From the NCBI GenBank assembly GCA_025963875.1, contig JAOPZY010000062.1, positions 1 through 36,160 on the forward strand: a stretch of DNA of 36,160 bases, written 5' to 3'. This DNA comes from Actinomycetota bacterium. Lineage in GTDB: Bacteria > Actinomycetota > CADDZG01 > JAHWKV01 > JAOPZY01. The translations under genes and the position numbers were made by a program. Shown here piece by piece: positions 20,637 to 29,181 of this stretch; position 1 is the first letter of the stretch, and every line of letters begins with the position of its first letter. Under the pieces are notes generated by a model. That model did not search any database. It was not told where the DNA came from and worked only from the letters and a program-made list of their open reading frames with translations.

Positions 20637-21629
20637 ATGGATTCTGTGACCCGGCTCAAGACCGCCATCGCCCTCGAGAAACCCGACCGGCCGCCGTTCA
20701 CGCTGTGGGGGCACACCTTCAAGGAGGAGTGGAACCCCCAAGAGCTCGCGGCGATCACGGTGCAGCGGGCACGCCGCTACCGGCTCGACTTCGTCAAGCT
20801 CCAGCCCCGGGCAACCTTCTTCGCCGAGGCCTACGGCTCCCAGTACCAGCCCTCGGGCAGCGAAGAGGAGCACCCGACCCTCACCCGGGCCGGGGTCGAG
20901 ACGCTCGAGGACTGGGCGAAGCTCCCCGAGGTCGATGCCTCCCATCCGGCCTTCGCCGACCAGGTCGAGGCCCTCCGCCTGACCGTGGCGGAGCTCGGCG
21001 ACAAGATCCCCGTCATCCAGACGGTCTTCTCACCGCTCACGGTAGCCGGCCATCTCATCGGCAAGGACCCCGAGGGGGTTGTGAAGATGCTCCTCGACCA
21101 CCCGGATCTCCTCGGCCCCGCGCTCGCACGGATCGCCCGTGGCCTTGCCAGTTTCTCGACGGCATCGGTCAAGGCCGGGGGAGTGGGTGTCTTCTTCGCC
21201 ATCTCGGGTTACGCCTCGGCCGACATGCTGTCGGAGGAGGACTACCGCCGCCTCGCCCTCGGCCACGACCTGTCGGTCATCGAGTTGCTCCCGGAGGACG
21301 CCTGGTTCAACGTGGCCCACCTCTGCGGTTCCCGCCTGCACTTCGACATCGCCAAGGCGCTCGGGCTGCAGGCGGTGAGCTGGGACGTGTACCAGCCCGG
21401 CAACCCCACCCTGGCGGAGGGCCGTGACCACACCGGCATGGCCGCCATGGGGGGGCTGCGCCAGAAGACCACCCTGGTCAAGGCGACCCCGAAGGAGGTC
21501 ATCGCCGAGGGCCAGGCCGCCCTGGAGGGCACCGATGGCCGCGGCGTGATCCTCGCTCCCGGCTGCTCGATCGACGTCCACGCCGGCGACGACAACCTCT
21601 CCGCAGTGAAAGAGGTAGTCGCGGCGTGA
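20637..21629 (+). CDS. Uroporphyrinogen-decarboxylase/MT2-methyltransferase superfamily protein
   Basis: 3' part of ORF 19665..21629: PDRPPFTLWGH, PVIQTVFSPLT, AHLCG, MGGL, ILAPGCS. The HemE MRQAGR motif is absent. Confidence 0.85.
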   Translation: MDSVTRLKTAIALEKPDRPPFTLWGHTFKEEWNPQELAAITVQRARRYRLDFVKLQPRATFFAEAYGSQYQPSGSEEEHPTLTRAGVETLEDWAKLPEVDASHPAFADQVEALRLTVAELGDKIPVIQTVFSPLTVAGHLIGKDPEGVVKMLLDHPDLLGPALARIARGLASFSTASVKAGGVGVFFAISGYASADMLSEEDYRRLALGHDLSVIELLPEDAWFNVAHLCGSRLHFDIAKALGLQAVSWDVYQPGNPTLAEGRDHTGMAAMGGLRQKTTLVKATPKEVIAEGQAALEGTDGRGVILAPGCSIDVHAGDDNLSAVKEVVAA

Positions 21630-22030
21630 AGCCGGTGGCCGGGCTGGCCGAGATCGTGCTCTGGACCCACGACATGGACCGCTCACTCGCCTTCTACCGG
21701 GATCTGTTCGGCCTCGAGGTCATCTCACCGCCGGACTTCCCCAAGCTCTTTCTCTCCGCGGGGACCGGTCCCGGCGGCATCCCGGAGATGATCGTCCTCA
21801 TGCCCCACCCCGAGCCGGGGGGAACCTTCCCGGCCCCCAAGCCCGAGCGGGTGCTGCACCACATGGCCTTCGCGGTCGACCCCGGTGCCTACGACGATCT
21901 CGAGACCCGGTGCCGGGCAGCCGGCCTGGAGGTCCGCCAGGGCATCCACCCGGTCCTCAAGGGCGTGCGGACCTTCTACGTCGACGACCCCGAGGGCAAC
22001 GAGGTGGAGATCATCGCCCTGGAGGCCTGA
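21626..22030 (+). CDS. VOC (glyoxalase/bleomycin resistance) family protein
   Basis: DMDRSLAFYRDLFGL, LHHMAFAV, TFYVDDPEGNEVEI; GTGA overlap with the upstream gene. Confidence 0.9.
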   Translation: MKPVAGLAEIVLWTHDMDRSLAFYRDLFGLEVISPPDFPKLFLSAGTGPGGIPEMIVLMPHPEPGGTFPAPKPERVLHHMAFAVDPGAYDDLETRCRAAGLEVRQGIHPVLKGVRTFYVDDPEGNEVEIIALEA

Positions 22031-22058
22031 GCCCGGGCTGGCGCTGGCCCTGGCCGGG

Positions 22059-22107
22059 GTAGTTTCCGTCAAAAAGCGTCCGTAGAGCCCTTTTTGACGG
22101 AATCTAC
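22059..22107. repeat. Inverted repeat between convergent genes (family copy 3; may act as bidirectional terminator)
   Basis: GTAGTTTCCGTCAAAAAG-N13-CTTTTTGACGGAATCTAC, 18-bp arms with 1 mismatch. Confidence 0.85.
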
Positions 22108-22131
22108 GGCAGTCGCACGTGCGACGGAGCG

Positions 22132-22872
22132 TCAGGGACGCAGTTCCAGGTCGAAGTGCTCCCCCGTCCCCACGACGAAGGGATCGGCTCCCGGCGGCTG
22201 CACCGTAGCGGTTCCCCGGCCCCGGACCTCCCAGTGCGCCCCGTCGCCGACGACCGCCGTGTCCTCGTCGACCCCGAGGAAGGCGCAGCCCTCCGGCGCC
22301 GCGGCAAGCATCATGGCCTGCGCTCCGGGGCGCCATCGCTCCACGGCGTCCCAGTGGGGGCCGAAGAGAGCCCGGAACCATCCCAGTCCGGGCACCCACA
22401 TTCGCTCCGGCGACCCGCCTCTGGCCGCAGCCGGGTCGAAGGTCAACGTGCCGAGAAAGGCGATGCCGGCGCTGGCCCCGGCCAGGGCGCAGCCGTCCCC
22501 GACGGCGGCAGTCACCGCCTCCCAGAAGGGCGTCTCCCGCAGTGTCCGGGCGAGATGGGCGGGGTTGCCTCCCGAGAAGAAGATGAGCGACGCCCCCGCC
22601 ACCTCGGCCGCCACCTCGGGCCGGAAGGCGTCCGCCCGGACCTTCAGATCCACGACCGCCGGCTCCAGGCCCAGCTTCCGGTAGTGCGAGAGCCCCATTG
22701 AACCCCACCGCCAGAAGACGTCGTCGCCCTCGGGGGCCGACGCCGTGGGGACGACCAGCACCCGGTCGTCCCGCCCGCTCGCCGACGAGGCCAGCCACTT
22801 GTCGACCGGCTCCGCCCAGGGCAGGAACTCTCCCGACCCGAACAGCCCGTAACGTTCCCGAAGTGGCAGCAA
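22132..22872 (-). CDS. Peptidase S51/cyanophycinase-like (class I glutamine-amidotransferase-like) hydrolase
   Basis: VVPTASAPEG, IFFSGGNP, nucleophile elbow GASAG, PHWD, GVDEDTA. TAACCT -10 lies just upstream of the TTG. Confidence 0.88.
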   Translation of the reverse strand: MLPLRERYGLFGSGEFLPWAEPVDKWLASSASGRDDRVLVVPTASAPEGDDVFWRWGSMGLSHYRKLGLEPAVVDLKVRADAFRPEVAAEVAGASLIFFSGGNPAHLARTLRETPFWEAVTAAVGDGCALAGASAGIAFLGTLTFDPAAARGGSPERMWVPGLGWFRALFGPHWDAVERWRPGAQAMMLAAAPEGCAFLGVDEDTAVVGDGAHWEVRGRGTATVQPPGADPFVVGTGEHFDLELRP

Positions 22873-22879
22873 GAGAAGG

Positions 22880-23593
22880 TTAGGGATCCAGCGCGCGCCG
22901 GCGCGCGCTGGATCCCTCAGTTCGGGCTGGCGGCCGGCGAGCGACGGGGATGACGAACTTCTCGGCCGTCAGTGCCGCCGAGAAGGCCACCACCTTGGTG
23001 TCGACGAGGCCCGCTGCCCGGCCGGCGTCGAGGACCTCCATCTCGGTGATGTCGGGGTTTCCCTTGGGGCGCAGCACCCAGAGGGCGCCGTCGGGCTTCA
23101 GGTGGTGCTGGAGCGCGGTCAGCTTCGCCAGCGCTGCCCGCTCGGGGGCCCCGACGAAGATCAGGTCGCAGTCCTGCGGCAACCCCTCCGCAACCTCGGC
23201 CCGCTGGGCGAGCTGCGCCCGGAACCCGTCGTCGTCGACATCGACGAGCGCCACCCTCATGCCGGGCTTGACGCCGAGCTTGTCGATCAACGGCTTGGGC
23301 TGGGTGATGGCCTTCAACCACTTGGGTGCCTTGGCGCCGAGCTCGAATGAGGCGACGGCCCCGGGGAAGGTCACCGACATCCAGCCATCCGAGGCCGAGA
23401 TGGCCGAAATCTCCTTGAACGGGATCGCCAGACGGAACCCGCCCCGGAAGACGAGCGTCTCCGTTTCGAGATGCGCGTTTCCTTCGGACTCCCGAACGGA
23501 CTCCCGGCTGGATTCCCCGACGGACTCCCGGCTGGATTCCCCGCTGGACTCCCGACCCTCGAGCCGGACGGTGCAGCGCACCTGGTCCCCCAT
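22880..23593 (-). CDS. DUF3052-like protein with N-terminal extension
   Basis: From ATG 23593 within ORF 22880..24313: PLIDKLGVKPG, LKPDGALWVLRPKG, GRAAGLVDTKVVAFS. Confidence 0.75.
   Translation of the reverse strand: MGDQVRCTVRLEGRESSGESSRESVGESSRESVRESEGNAHLETETLVFRGGFRLAIPFKEISAISASDGWMSVTFPGAVASFELGAKAPKWLKAITQPKPLIDKLGVKPGMRVALVDVDDDGFRAQLAQRAEVAEGLPQDCDLIFVGAPERAALAKLTALQHHLKPDGALWVLRPKGNPDITEMEVLDAGRAAGLVDTKVVAFSAALTAEKFVIPVARRPPARTEGSSARRRALDP
22882..22917. repeat. Perfect 36-bp palindrome
   Basis: AGGGATCCAGCGCGCGCC|GGCGCGCGCTGGATCCCT, no spacer and no mismatch. Confidence 0.95.
23486..23557. repeat. Intragenic tandem repeat, 6 x 12 bp
   Basis: ggactcccgaac ggactcccggct ggattccccgac ggactcccggct ggattccccgct ggactcccgacc; encodes RESSGESSRESVGESSRESVRES on the minus strand. 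Confidence 0.92.
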
Positions 23594-23662
23594 GGCCCGA
23601 AGTGTACCGCCGGCTGTGAACGCTCCGGCCTGGCGGGGCCCTGCGGAGATATCCTCCGGAAG

Positions 23663-25834
23663 ATGAGGTTCGCCGCGATTTGCACGCTGATCGCCACACT
23701 CATCCTCCTGGGCGCCCCCGCCCATCCCGCCGCCGCGGCCGACCCCGTCCTGACCGCGAAGCTCGTCGACTTCCGGCCGTGGCTCGGGCCAACCAACGAC
23801 CTCACCGCGACGTTGCACCTCACCAACCACGGGTCCGACCGGCTGCCCCTGTCGGGGCTGCAGATCCACGTCGAGGTCTTCGCCGGCCCCCGGCACCGCA
23901 CCGACCTGGAGAACGAGTTCCAGGGGCATACCGGCCAGACTGTCTGGTCGGACACCGAGTACCTCTCCCTGCCGGACCTGGCTCCCGGTGAGAGCCGCGA
24001 CGTCCAGTTCGACCACCAGGCGCCCCTCTCGTCGATCACGTTCTTCAAGACGGGCGCCGACGACCGCGCCTACCCCATCCGCTTCACCGCGGGGGCGGGT
24101 GGCTTCACGGCCAAGCCGATCGATACCAACCTCCTGTATTTCACCGAGCCTCAGGGCGTGGCACACCCCCTCGGTGTGGCCCTGGTGATCCCCCTCGATG
24201 CCCCGACGGCCTTCGACGCCCAGGGGAGGGAGACCTCCCGGGCCCTGGAGCAGTCCCTGGTTGGCGATGGCCGCATCAACCGCATCCTCAACGCCCTCGA
24301 AGACTCCAAGCATGCCGAGGTCACCGTCACGATGGCGCCCAGCGGCAAGTTCCTCGACGACCTGGCCCTCATGGCGTCACCCGCCGGTTTCACGCGGGTC
24401 ACCCCCTCGGGCAGCCAGGCGGTCGGGCCAACGGACCCGGCCCCGCAGGCCGCCGCGGCGACGATCCTGCGCCTGAGGAGCCTCGCTGCCCGAGCCGGGG
24501 TCCGGCTCCTGGCCTCGCCCTACTCCGGCGCGCCGCTGCCGTCCCTCGTCAGCAACGGGCTGAGCGGCGATGTCAAGATGCAGGTGGAGGCCGGGCGGGC
24601 ACAGGTCAAGGCGGTGCTCGGCTTCGACCCCCTCGCCGGCTGGTTGCTCCCCTCCGGCGGCCTGCTCGACGAAGCAACGATGAGTCAGCTCACAGCGCTG
24701 GGTATCCAGAACGTCGTGGTGTCCCCGTCGTCGCTGCAGTCCGTCACCCCGCCCCTGCTCACGCCCGGGGCGGACGTCGTGCTGAAGAGCCTTCCGCCCC
24801 TCTCCCGTCAGAAGGCCCAGGTCACCTCGACCTCGGTGGGGGCGCTGGTTGTGGACGACGTCCTCTCCTCCCGCCTCGAGAGCCCACCCGGGTTGAACGC
24901 GCTGCAGGTCCGCCAGCGATTTCTTGCCGAGTCCGCCACCATCCTCCTCGAGCAGCCGGCCCACACCCGCTCGATTGCGGTGCTGGCACCCCCGGACTGG
25001 GCCCCTGACCCCTTGGTGATCAACGGCGTCCTGGACGCCCTGACCCCGACGGGCGGGTCTCCCTGGATGACGGGCACGGCTCCCGATGCCGTCGTCGGGG
25101 GTGCCTCGGACCCGCCGGCCCGGCTCGTCGCGCAGAACGTCAGCGATGCTCTTCCCCAGTCGCCGGGCCGGGACTACGTGGAGTTGCTCCGGTCGGCACG
25201 CAGCTCCCTGGGCGACTTCACGGCGATCGCCCCGCCGCCGGCGATCGTCAACGAGCTCAACCGGCGGCTACTCGTCGCGGAGGGCTCCGAGTGGTTGGGG
25301 CGGGGATCGGCCGCCGACCGGGGCAAGGCGTTCGCCCGCTCGGTGTCCGACGGCGTCAAGGGCGAGTTTGCCAAGATCCAGGCCCCCAGGGACCAACTGA
25401 TCGTGCTCACCAACCGCCACGCGACCATCCCGCTCGCCCTCACCTCGGGTACCTCCTACCCCGTGTGGGTCAAGGTGGGCCTGGAGTCGGACAAGCTCGC
25501 CTTCAAAGACGGCGTGCCGTGCCACAGCTCGGGGCTCCCGTCGCAGACGACCTGCCTCACCCTGGAGCTGAAGCCGGGGGCCCAGACCGTCCCGGTGAAG
25601 GCAACCGCCAACTTCACCGGCAGCTTCCACGTCCAGGTGGACCTGCTGACCGACACCTCGGCGCCGGCGAAGATCTCCACCGGCAGGCTGTCCATCCGGT
25701 CGACCGCCTACAACGTCGTCGCCCTTGCCCTGATGGCGGCGGCCGCTCTCTTCATCCTGTTCTCGTGGGCCCGCGGCATGGCCCGCCGGCGGATCGCTCT
25801 CCAGGGTGCGCCCGCCGGGGCGCCGGTAGACTGA
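23663..25834 (+). CDS. Secreted, C-terminally anchored protein (DUF6049-like)
   Basis: ATG 23663, signal peptide (...PAAAA-DP), C-terminal transmembrane helix plus RRR, motifs LLASPYS and QRFLAESA. Its position upstream of kinase/sigma/anti-sigma matches the usual actinobacterial context. Confidence 0.75.
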   Translation: MRFAAICTLIATLILLGAPAHPAAAADPVLTAKLVDFRPWLGPTNDLTATLHLTNHGSDRLPLSGLQIHVEVFAGPRHRTDLENEFQGHTGQTVWSDTEYLSLPDLAPGESRDVQFDHQAPLSSITFFKTGADDRAYPIRFTAGAGGFTAKPIDTNLLYFTEPQGVAHPLGVALVIPLDAPTAFDAQGRETSRALEQSLVGDGRINRILNALEDSKHAEVTVTMAPSGKFLDDLALMASPAGFTRVTPSGSQAVGPTDPAPQAAAATILRLRSLAARAGVRLLASPYSGAPLPSLVSNGLSGDVKMQVEAGRAQVKAVLGFDPLAGWLLPSGGLLDEATMSQLTALGIQNVVVSPSSLQSVTPPLLTPGADVVLKSLPPLSRQKAQVTSTSVGALVVDDVLSSRLESPPGLNALQVRQRFLAESATILLEQPAHTRSIAVLAPPDWAPDPLVINGVLDALTPTGGSPWMTGTAPDAVVGGASDPPARLVAQNVSDALPQSPGRDYVELLRSARSSLGDFTAIAPPPAIVNELNRRLLVAEGSEWLGRGSAADRGKAFARSVSDGVKGEFAKIQAPRDQLIVLTNRHATIPLALTSGTSYPVWVKVGLESDKLAFKDGVPCHSSGLPSQTTCLTLELKPGAQTVPVKATANFTGSFHVQVDLLTDTSAPAKISTGRLSIRSTAYNVVALALMAAAALFILFSWARGMARRRIALQGAPAGAPVD

Positions 25835-25838
25835 GTCG

Positions 25839-27341
25839 ATGATCGACGTCAGGCTCGCCGGCCGTTACCGACTGGAAAGCGAGATTGGCGCCGGAGGGAT
25901 GACGGGTGTCTGGCAGGCCGTCGACGAGGTTTTGGAACGACCGGTCGCCGTCAAGATCCTCCACCGCCATCTGCTCTCCAACCAGGTGTTCTGCGACCGT
26001 TTCCGGAAGGAGGCCCTGGCGGCGGGCGCCCTCATCCACCCGAATATCGTTTCGGTCTACGACACGGGCCAGCACGACGAGGCCCCCTACGTGGTGATGG
26101 AGTACGTCGCCGGTGGATCGCTGGCCCGCCGCCTCGTTCATGGTCCCCTCCCATCGGGCGAGGTGGCCGCCATCGGAGCCGATGTCTGCGAGGCGCTGGG
26201 CTATGCCCACCGTGTGGGGGTCGTGCACCGCGACCTGAAGCCGGACAACATCCTGGTCTCGGAATCCGGCCAGGTGAAGGTCACCGACTTCGCCGTCGCC
26301 GGGGCCGCCCTCGGTGGTGACCTGACGGCGACCGGGGCGCTGCTCGGTACGCTCTCGTTCCTGGCGCCCGAGGTGCTGGAGGGGGGCGAGCCAGACCCCG
26401 CCGCCGATCTGTACGCCCTGGGGGTGGTCCTCTTCAAGGCGCTGACGGGCCGGTCGCCGAGGGTGGCCGGCATGGACCTCGGCACCAGCGCCGGGAAGCC
26501 CCGTCCGCAGCCGGCCCATCCCCGGGACTTCCGCCCCGAGGTCCCCCGCGACCTGGACGCTGCGGTGGCCAGGGCCCTGTCGGCGAACCCCGCAGAGCGC
26601 TTCGCCGACGCCGCCGAGTTCGGTCGTGTGCTCCGTTCCGTGGCGCAGGCACGCCCGGCCCGGACGGCCGTCTCCTCGGCACCCGCCCCTCCCCCGCCCA
26701 GGACCCACCTGCCGGCTCCGGCGCCGCCGACCCCCGGCGACTCGATCTCCTTCGTACGCAGCGAAGGCCGCTGGCTGGCGCCGGTGGTGCTGCTGGTGCT
26801 CGTGGCGATCGCCGTCGTCATCGGTGTGCTGCAGCTCTCCGGCAAGGTCACGATCATCGGCGGTGGTGGGGGCAGCACTGCCGCGCCGGCTGCGAATCCG
26901 ACGGTGAGTCAGGTGGCACTGCACCCCGGCGGCACCTTGAAGCCCAACCCGCCTGCTGGGGATCCCTACGAGCACCAGGACCAGGTGGCGCTCGCCTTCG
27001 ACGGCAACCCCTCCACGTCGTGGAGCACGCAGTGGTACCCGACGCCGGTGTTCGGCGGGCTCCGCGATGGCGTCGGCATCTACGGGGATGCCGGCCAGCC
27101 GGTGGCGTTGAAGCGCATCGAGGTCGACACCGCCCTCCCGGGCTGGACGGCGGCGATCAAGACCTCGGACGACGGCCAGACCTGGAGCGCTCCGGGACCG
27201 TCGGCCACGGTGGACGCCCAGCACAGTTTCGACGTGAGCGCCCTGGGCTTGCACCGGTACTGGATGGTCTGGATCACGAACCTGGTCTCGGGTCCGAATG
27301 GCTACCAAGCCTCGATAGCGGAGATCAAGGCTTTCCACTGA
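25839..27341 (+). CDS. Membrane Ser/Thr protein kinase with C-terminal discoidin-like domain
   Basis: GAGGMT, VAVK, HRDLKPDN, DFA (in place of DFG), APE, DLYALG; Pro-rich linker, transmembrane helix, AFDGNPSTSWST...IAEIK. Confidence 0.92.
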   Translation: MIDVRLAGRYRLESEIGAGGMTGVWQAVDEVLERPVAVKILHRHLLSNQVFCDRFRKEALAAGALIHPNIVSVYDTGQHDEAPYVVMEYVAGGSLARRLVHGPLPSGEVAAIGADVCEALGYAHRVGVVHRDLKPDNILVSESGQVKVTDFAVAGAALGGDLTATGALLGTLSFLAPEVLEGGEPDPAADLYALGVVLFKALTGRSPRVAGMDLGTSAGKPRPQPAHPRDFRPEVPRDLDAAVARALSANPAERFADAAEFGRVLRSVAQARPARTAVSSAPAPPPPRTHLPAPAPPTPGDSISFVRSEGRWLAPVVLLVLVAIAVVIGVLQLSGKVTIIGGGGGSTAAPAANPTVSQVALHPGGTLKPNPPAGDPYEHQDQVALAFDGNPSTSWSTQWYPTPVFGGLRDGVGIYGDAGQPVALKRIEVDTALPGWTAAIKTSDDGQTWSAPGPSATVDAQHSFDVSALGLHRYWMVWITNLVSGPNGYQASIAEIKAFH

Positions 27342-27377
27342 TCTCCGGGTCGTCCCCCATACTTGGCCCCACTCATC

Positions 27378-27968
27378 ATGTGGATCGCGGATCTGGAGGC
27401 ACTGGGCGACGAGGAGCTGGTCCGGCGCTTCGTCTCGGATGGGTCGAGCGATGCGGTCGACGTCCTGCTGCGCCGCCACCAGGACCGCGTCCTCGGGCTC
27501 GCCTACCGGATCCTCGGCAACCGGGCCGATGCCCTCGACGCCTCCCAGGAGGTCTTCGTTGCCGTGTTCCGCAAGGCGGCGTCGTTCCGCCACCAGTCGG
27601 CCTTCACGACCTGGCTCTACCGCCTGACCGTCAACGCCTGCAACGATCACGCCCGCCGCCGGTCCCGCCTCCCGCAGCCGGCCGAGGCAGTCGACGTTGC
27701 GTCCCCCGACGCCGTCGGGAGGGCCGACGACCGCCTGGCCATCGCCGGCGCCATGCGCAAGCTGCCGCTGGAGCAGCGCACCGCGGTGATCATGCGGGAC
27801 CTGCTCGGGCTCAGCTACGACGAGATTGCCCAGGCGACCGACACCGCCGTTGGTACCGTGAAGAGCAGGATCTCCCGAGGCCGGGCAGCCCTGGCCGGTG
27901 GCCTGGGGGAACGCCCGGAACCGGAACCGGGAGAGGCTCCGGCCCGTCTAAGCCCGAAGAAGCCATGA
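27378..27968 (+). CDS. ECF RNA polymerase sigma factor (SigM-like)
   Basis: DALDASQEVF, FTTWLYRLTVN, LSYDEIA...GTVKSRISRGR. Start ATG 27378 or TTG 27363. Confidence 0.93.
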   Translation: MWIADLEALGDEELVRRFVSDGSSDAVDVLLRRHQDRVLGLAYRILGNRADALDASQEVFVAVFRKAASFRHQSAFTTWLYRLTVNACNDHARRRSRLPQPAEAVDVASPDAVGRADDRLAIAGAMRKLPLEQRTAVIMRDLLGLSYDEIAQATDTAVGTVKSRISRGRAALAGGLGERPEPEPGEAPARLSPKKP

Positions 27969-28804
27969 GTCCGCACGCCGATACCGAACGCCTCAGCGCC
28001 TACCTCGACGGGGAAGTCCCGACCTCCGAGCGCGCCGGGCTCGAGGAGCACCTCGCATCGTGTCCCCAGTGCTCGGCGCGAAAGTCGGCCCTCGAAGGCG
28101 TGATCCGCTCGGTGGGGGGGCTGCCGCCGGTGACGACCACCGAGGCCGAGCACCTTGCGATCCGCCGTGCGGTGCTGGAGGGCGCCGGTGCCCGGGGGCC
28201 GGACTGGGCCCTCAAGCGTGCTCGTGCCTGGAGGATCTTCGCCGCCACCGCCGCGGTCGCAGCGGTGGTGGCGGGCATCCTGAGCTTTGTCCTCGTGAAG
28301 GCGTCGGGTCCGAAGGTGACCTCGACGGCGTCGGCGCCCGCACCCTCGGCCTCCCCCGCGCTGCCGAGCCTTGCCAACGACGCCGAGGTGCGCTCCTACG
28401 CCCGGACCCAGCCCGGTGTGAGCACCTTCCTGGGGCAGGGTCACGCCCCGGCAGGTGCCGCCGCCGCCCCCCAGGCACCGTTGCCCGCCCCGACGGCGGC
28501 GCCCCCGGCGTTCGCCCAGGTCAATCCGTCGGCCCCCAAATCCGACCGGGCGAATGCCTCGGGGGCGGCGACCCAGGCCGGCCCGCCCACGCTGGGCTCC
28601 TGCACCCGCGACGCCGTGCTCTCGGGCGGCGCCCTGCTGGGAGCGACCCCGGTGACCTACCAGGCGACCCCGGCGTGGGTCATCGCCTACGGGGCACCCT
28701 CCGGGTCGCCGGGGGGATCGGCCGGGACCCTCGACCGGGTGGTCGTGGAGGTCCGCTCCCAGTCGAGCTGCTCCGTGCTGGACCAGGCGACGCTCGTCCC
28801 CTGA
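27965..28804 (+). CDS. Zinc-finger (zf-HC2) membrane anti-sigma factor
   Basis: From ATG 27965 (ATGA overlap): LSAYLDGE...HLASCPQC (HxxxCxxC), followed by a transmembrane helix. Confidence 0.9.
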   Translation: MSPHADTERLSAYLDGEVPTSERAGLEEHLASCPQCSARKSALEGVIRSVGGLPPVTTTEAEHLAIRRAVLEGAGARGPDWALKRARAWRIFAATAAVAAVVAGILSFVLVKASGPKVTSTASAPAPSASPALPSLANDAEVRSYARTQPGVSTFLGQGHAPAGAAAAPQAPLPAPTAAPPAFAQVNPSAPKSDRANASGAATQAGPPTLGSCTRDAVLSGGALLGATPVTYQATPAWVIAYGAPSGSPGGSAGTLDRVVVEVRSQSSCSVLDQATLVP

Positions 28805-28902
28805 ATTCCACAAGGGGACTCCCAGGATCTTCCATATCTTTCAGACGTTGCCGAACCGATGTCGCGGGTCGTTAGAATGCGTAAGCAATAAGGAGGTGAC
28901 CC

Positions 28903-29106
28903 GTGGCAGTCGTAAAGACCATCGATCTGGTGGGCGTCTCGTCCGAGAGCTGGCGCCACGCGGCCAAGGAAGCATTGGCCGAGGCGGCGAAGACACTCCG
29001 GGGTATTGAATCGATGGACGTGCTCGAAACCTCCTGCAGCATCGAGGACAACGAGATCAGCGAGTACCTGGCCCACGTGCGGATCAAGTTCCGCATCGAA
29101 CGGTAG
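28903..29106 (+). CDS. Dodecin family protein
   Basis: 67 aa, KTIDLVGVSSESW...AAKTLRGI...IKFRIE; perfect RBS AAGGAGGT and TAGAAT -10 at 28873-28878. Confidence 0.92.
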   Translation: MAVVKTIDLVGVSSESWRHAAKEALAEAAKTLRGIESMDVLETSCSIEDNEISEYLAHVRIKFRIER

Positions 29107-29181
29107 CGGCCCACCCGGCCGGCTGACCAGCCGCCAGCAAGCCGGACACCGGCAGGACGCAACGACTCAAAGGGGACAAAC

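Noticed and set aside
18235..20637. 800-aa ORF ending at TGA 18235
   Set aside because: Its upstream half is an alternative frame of grdE; the real grdB starts at 19269 and reads through this TGA.
20637..21629. hemE assignment
   Set aside because: Lacks the HemE N-terminal MRQAGR motif, and there are no tetrapyrrole genes nearby.
23486..23557. CRISPR array
   Set aside because: Contiguous 12-bp units without spacers, in frame within a CDS, and no cas genes in the window.
29107..29181. Purine or ZTP riboswitch upstream of purA
   Set aside because: Only 75 nt, with no recognisable aptamer consensus.
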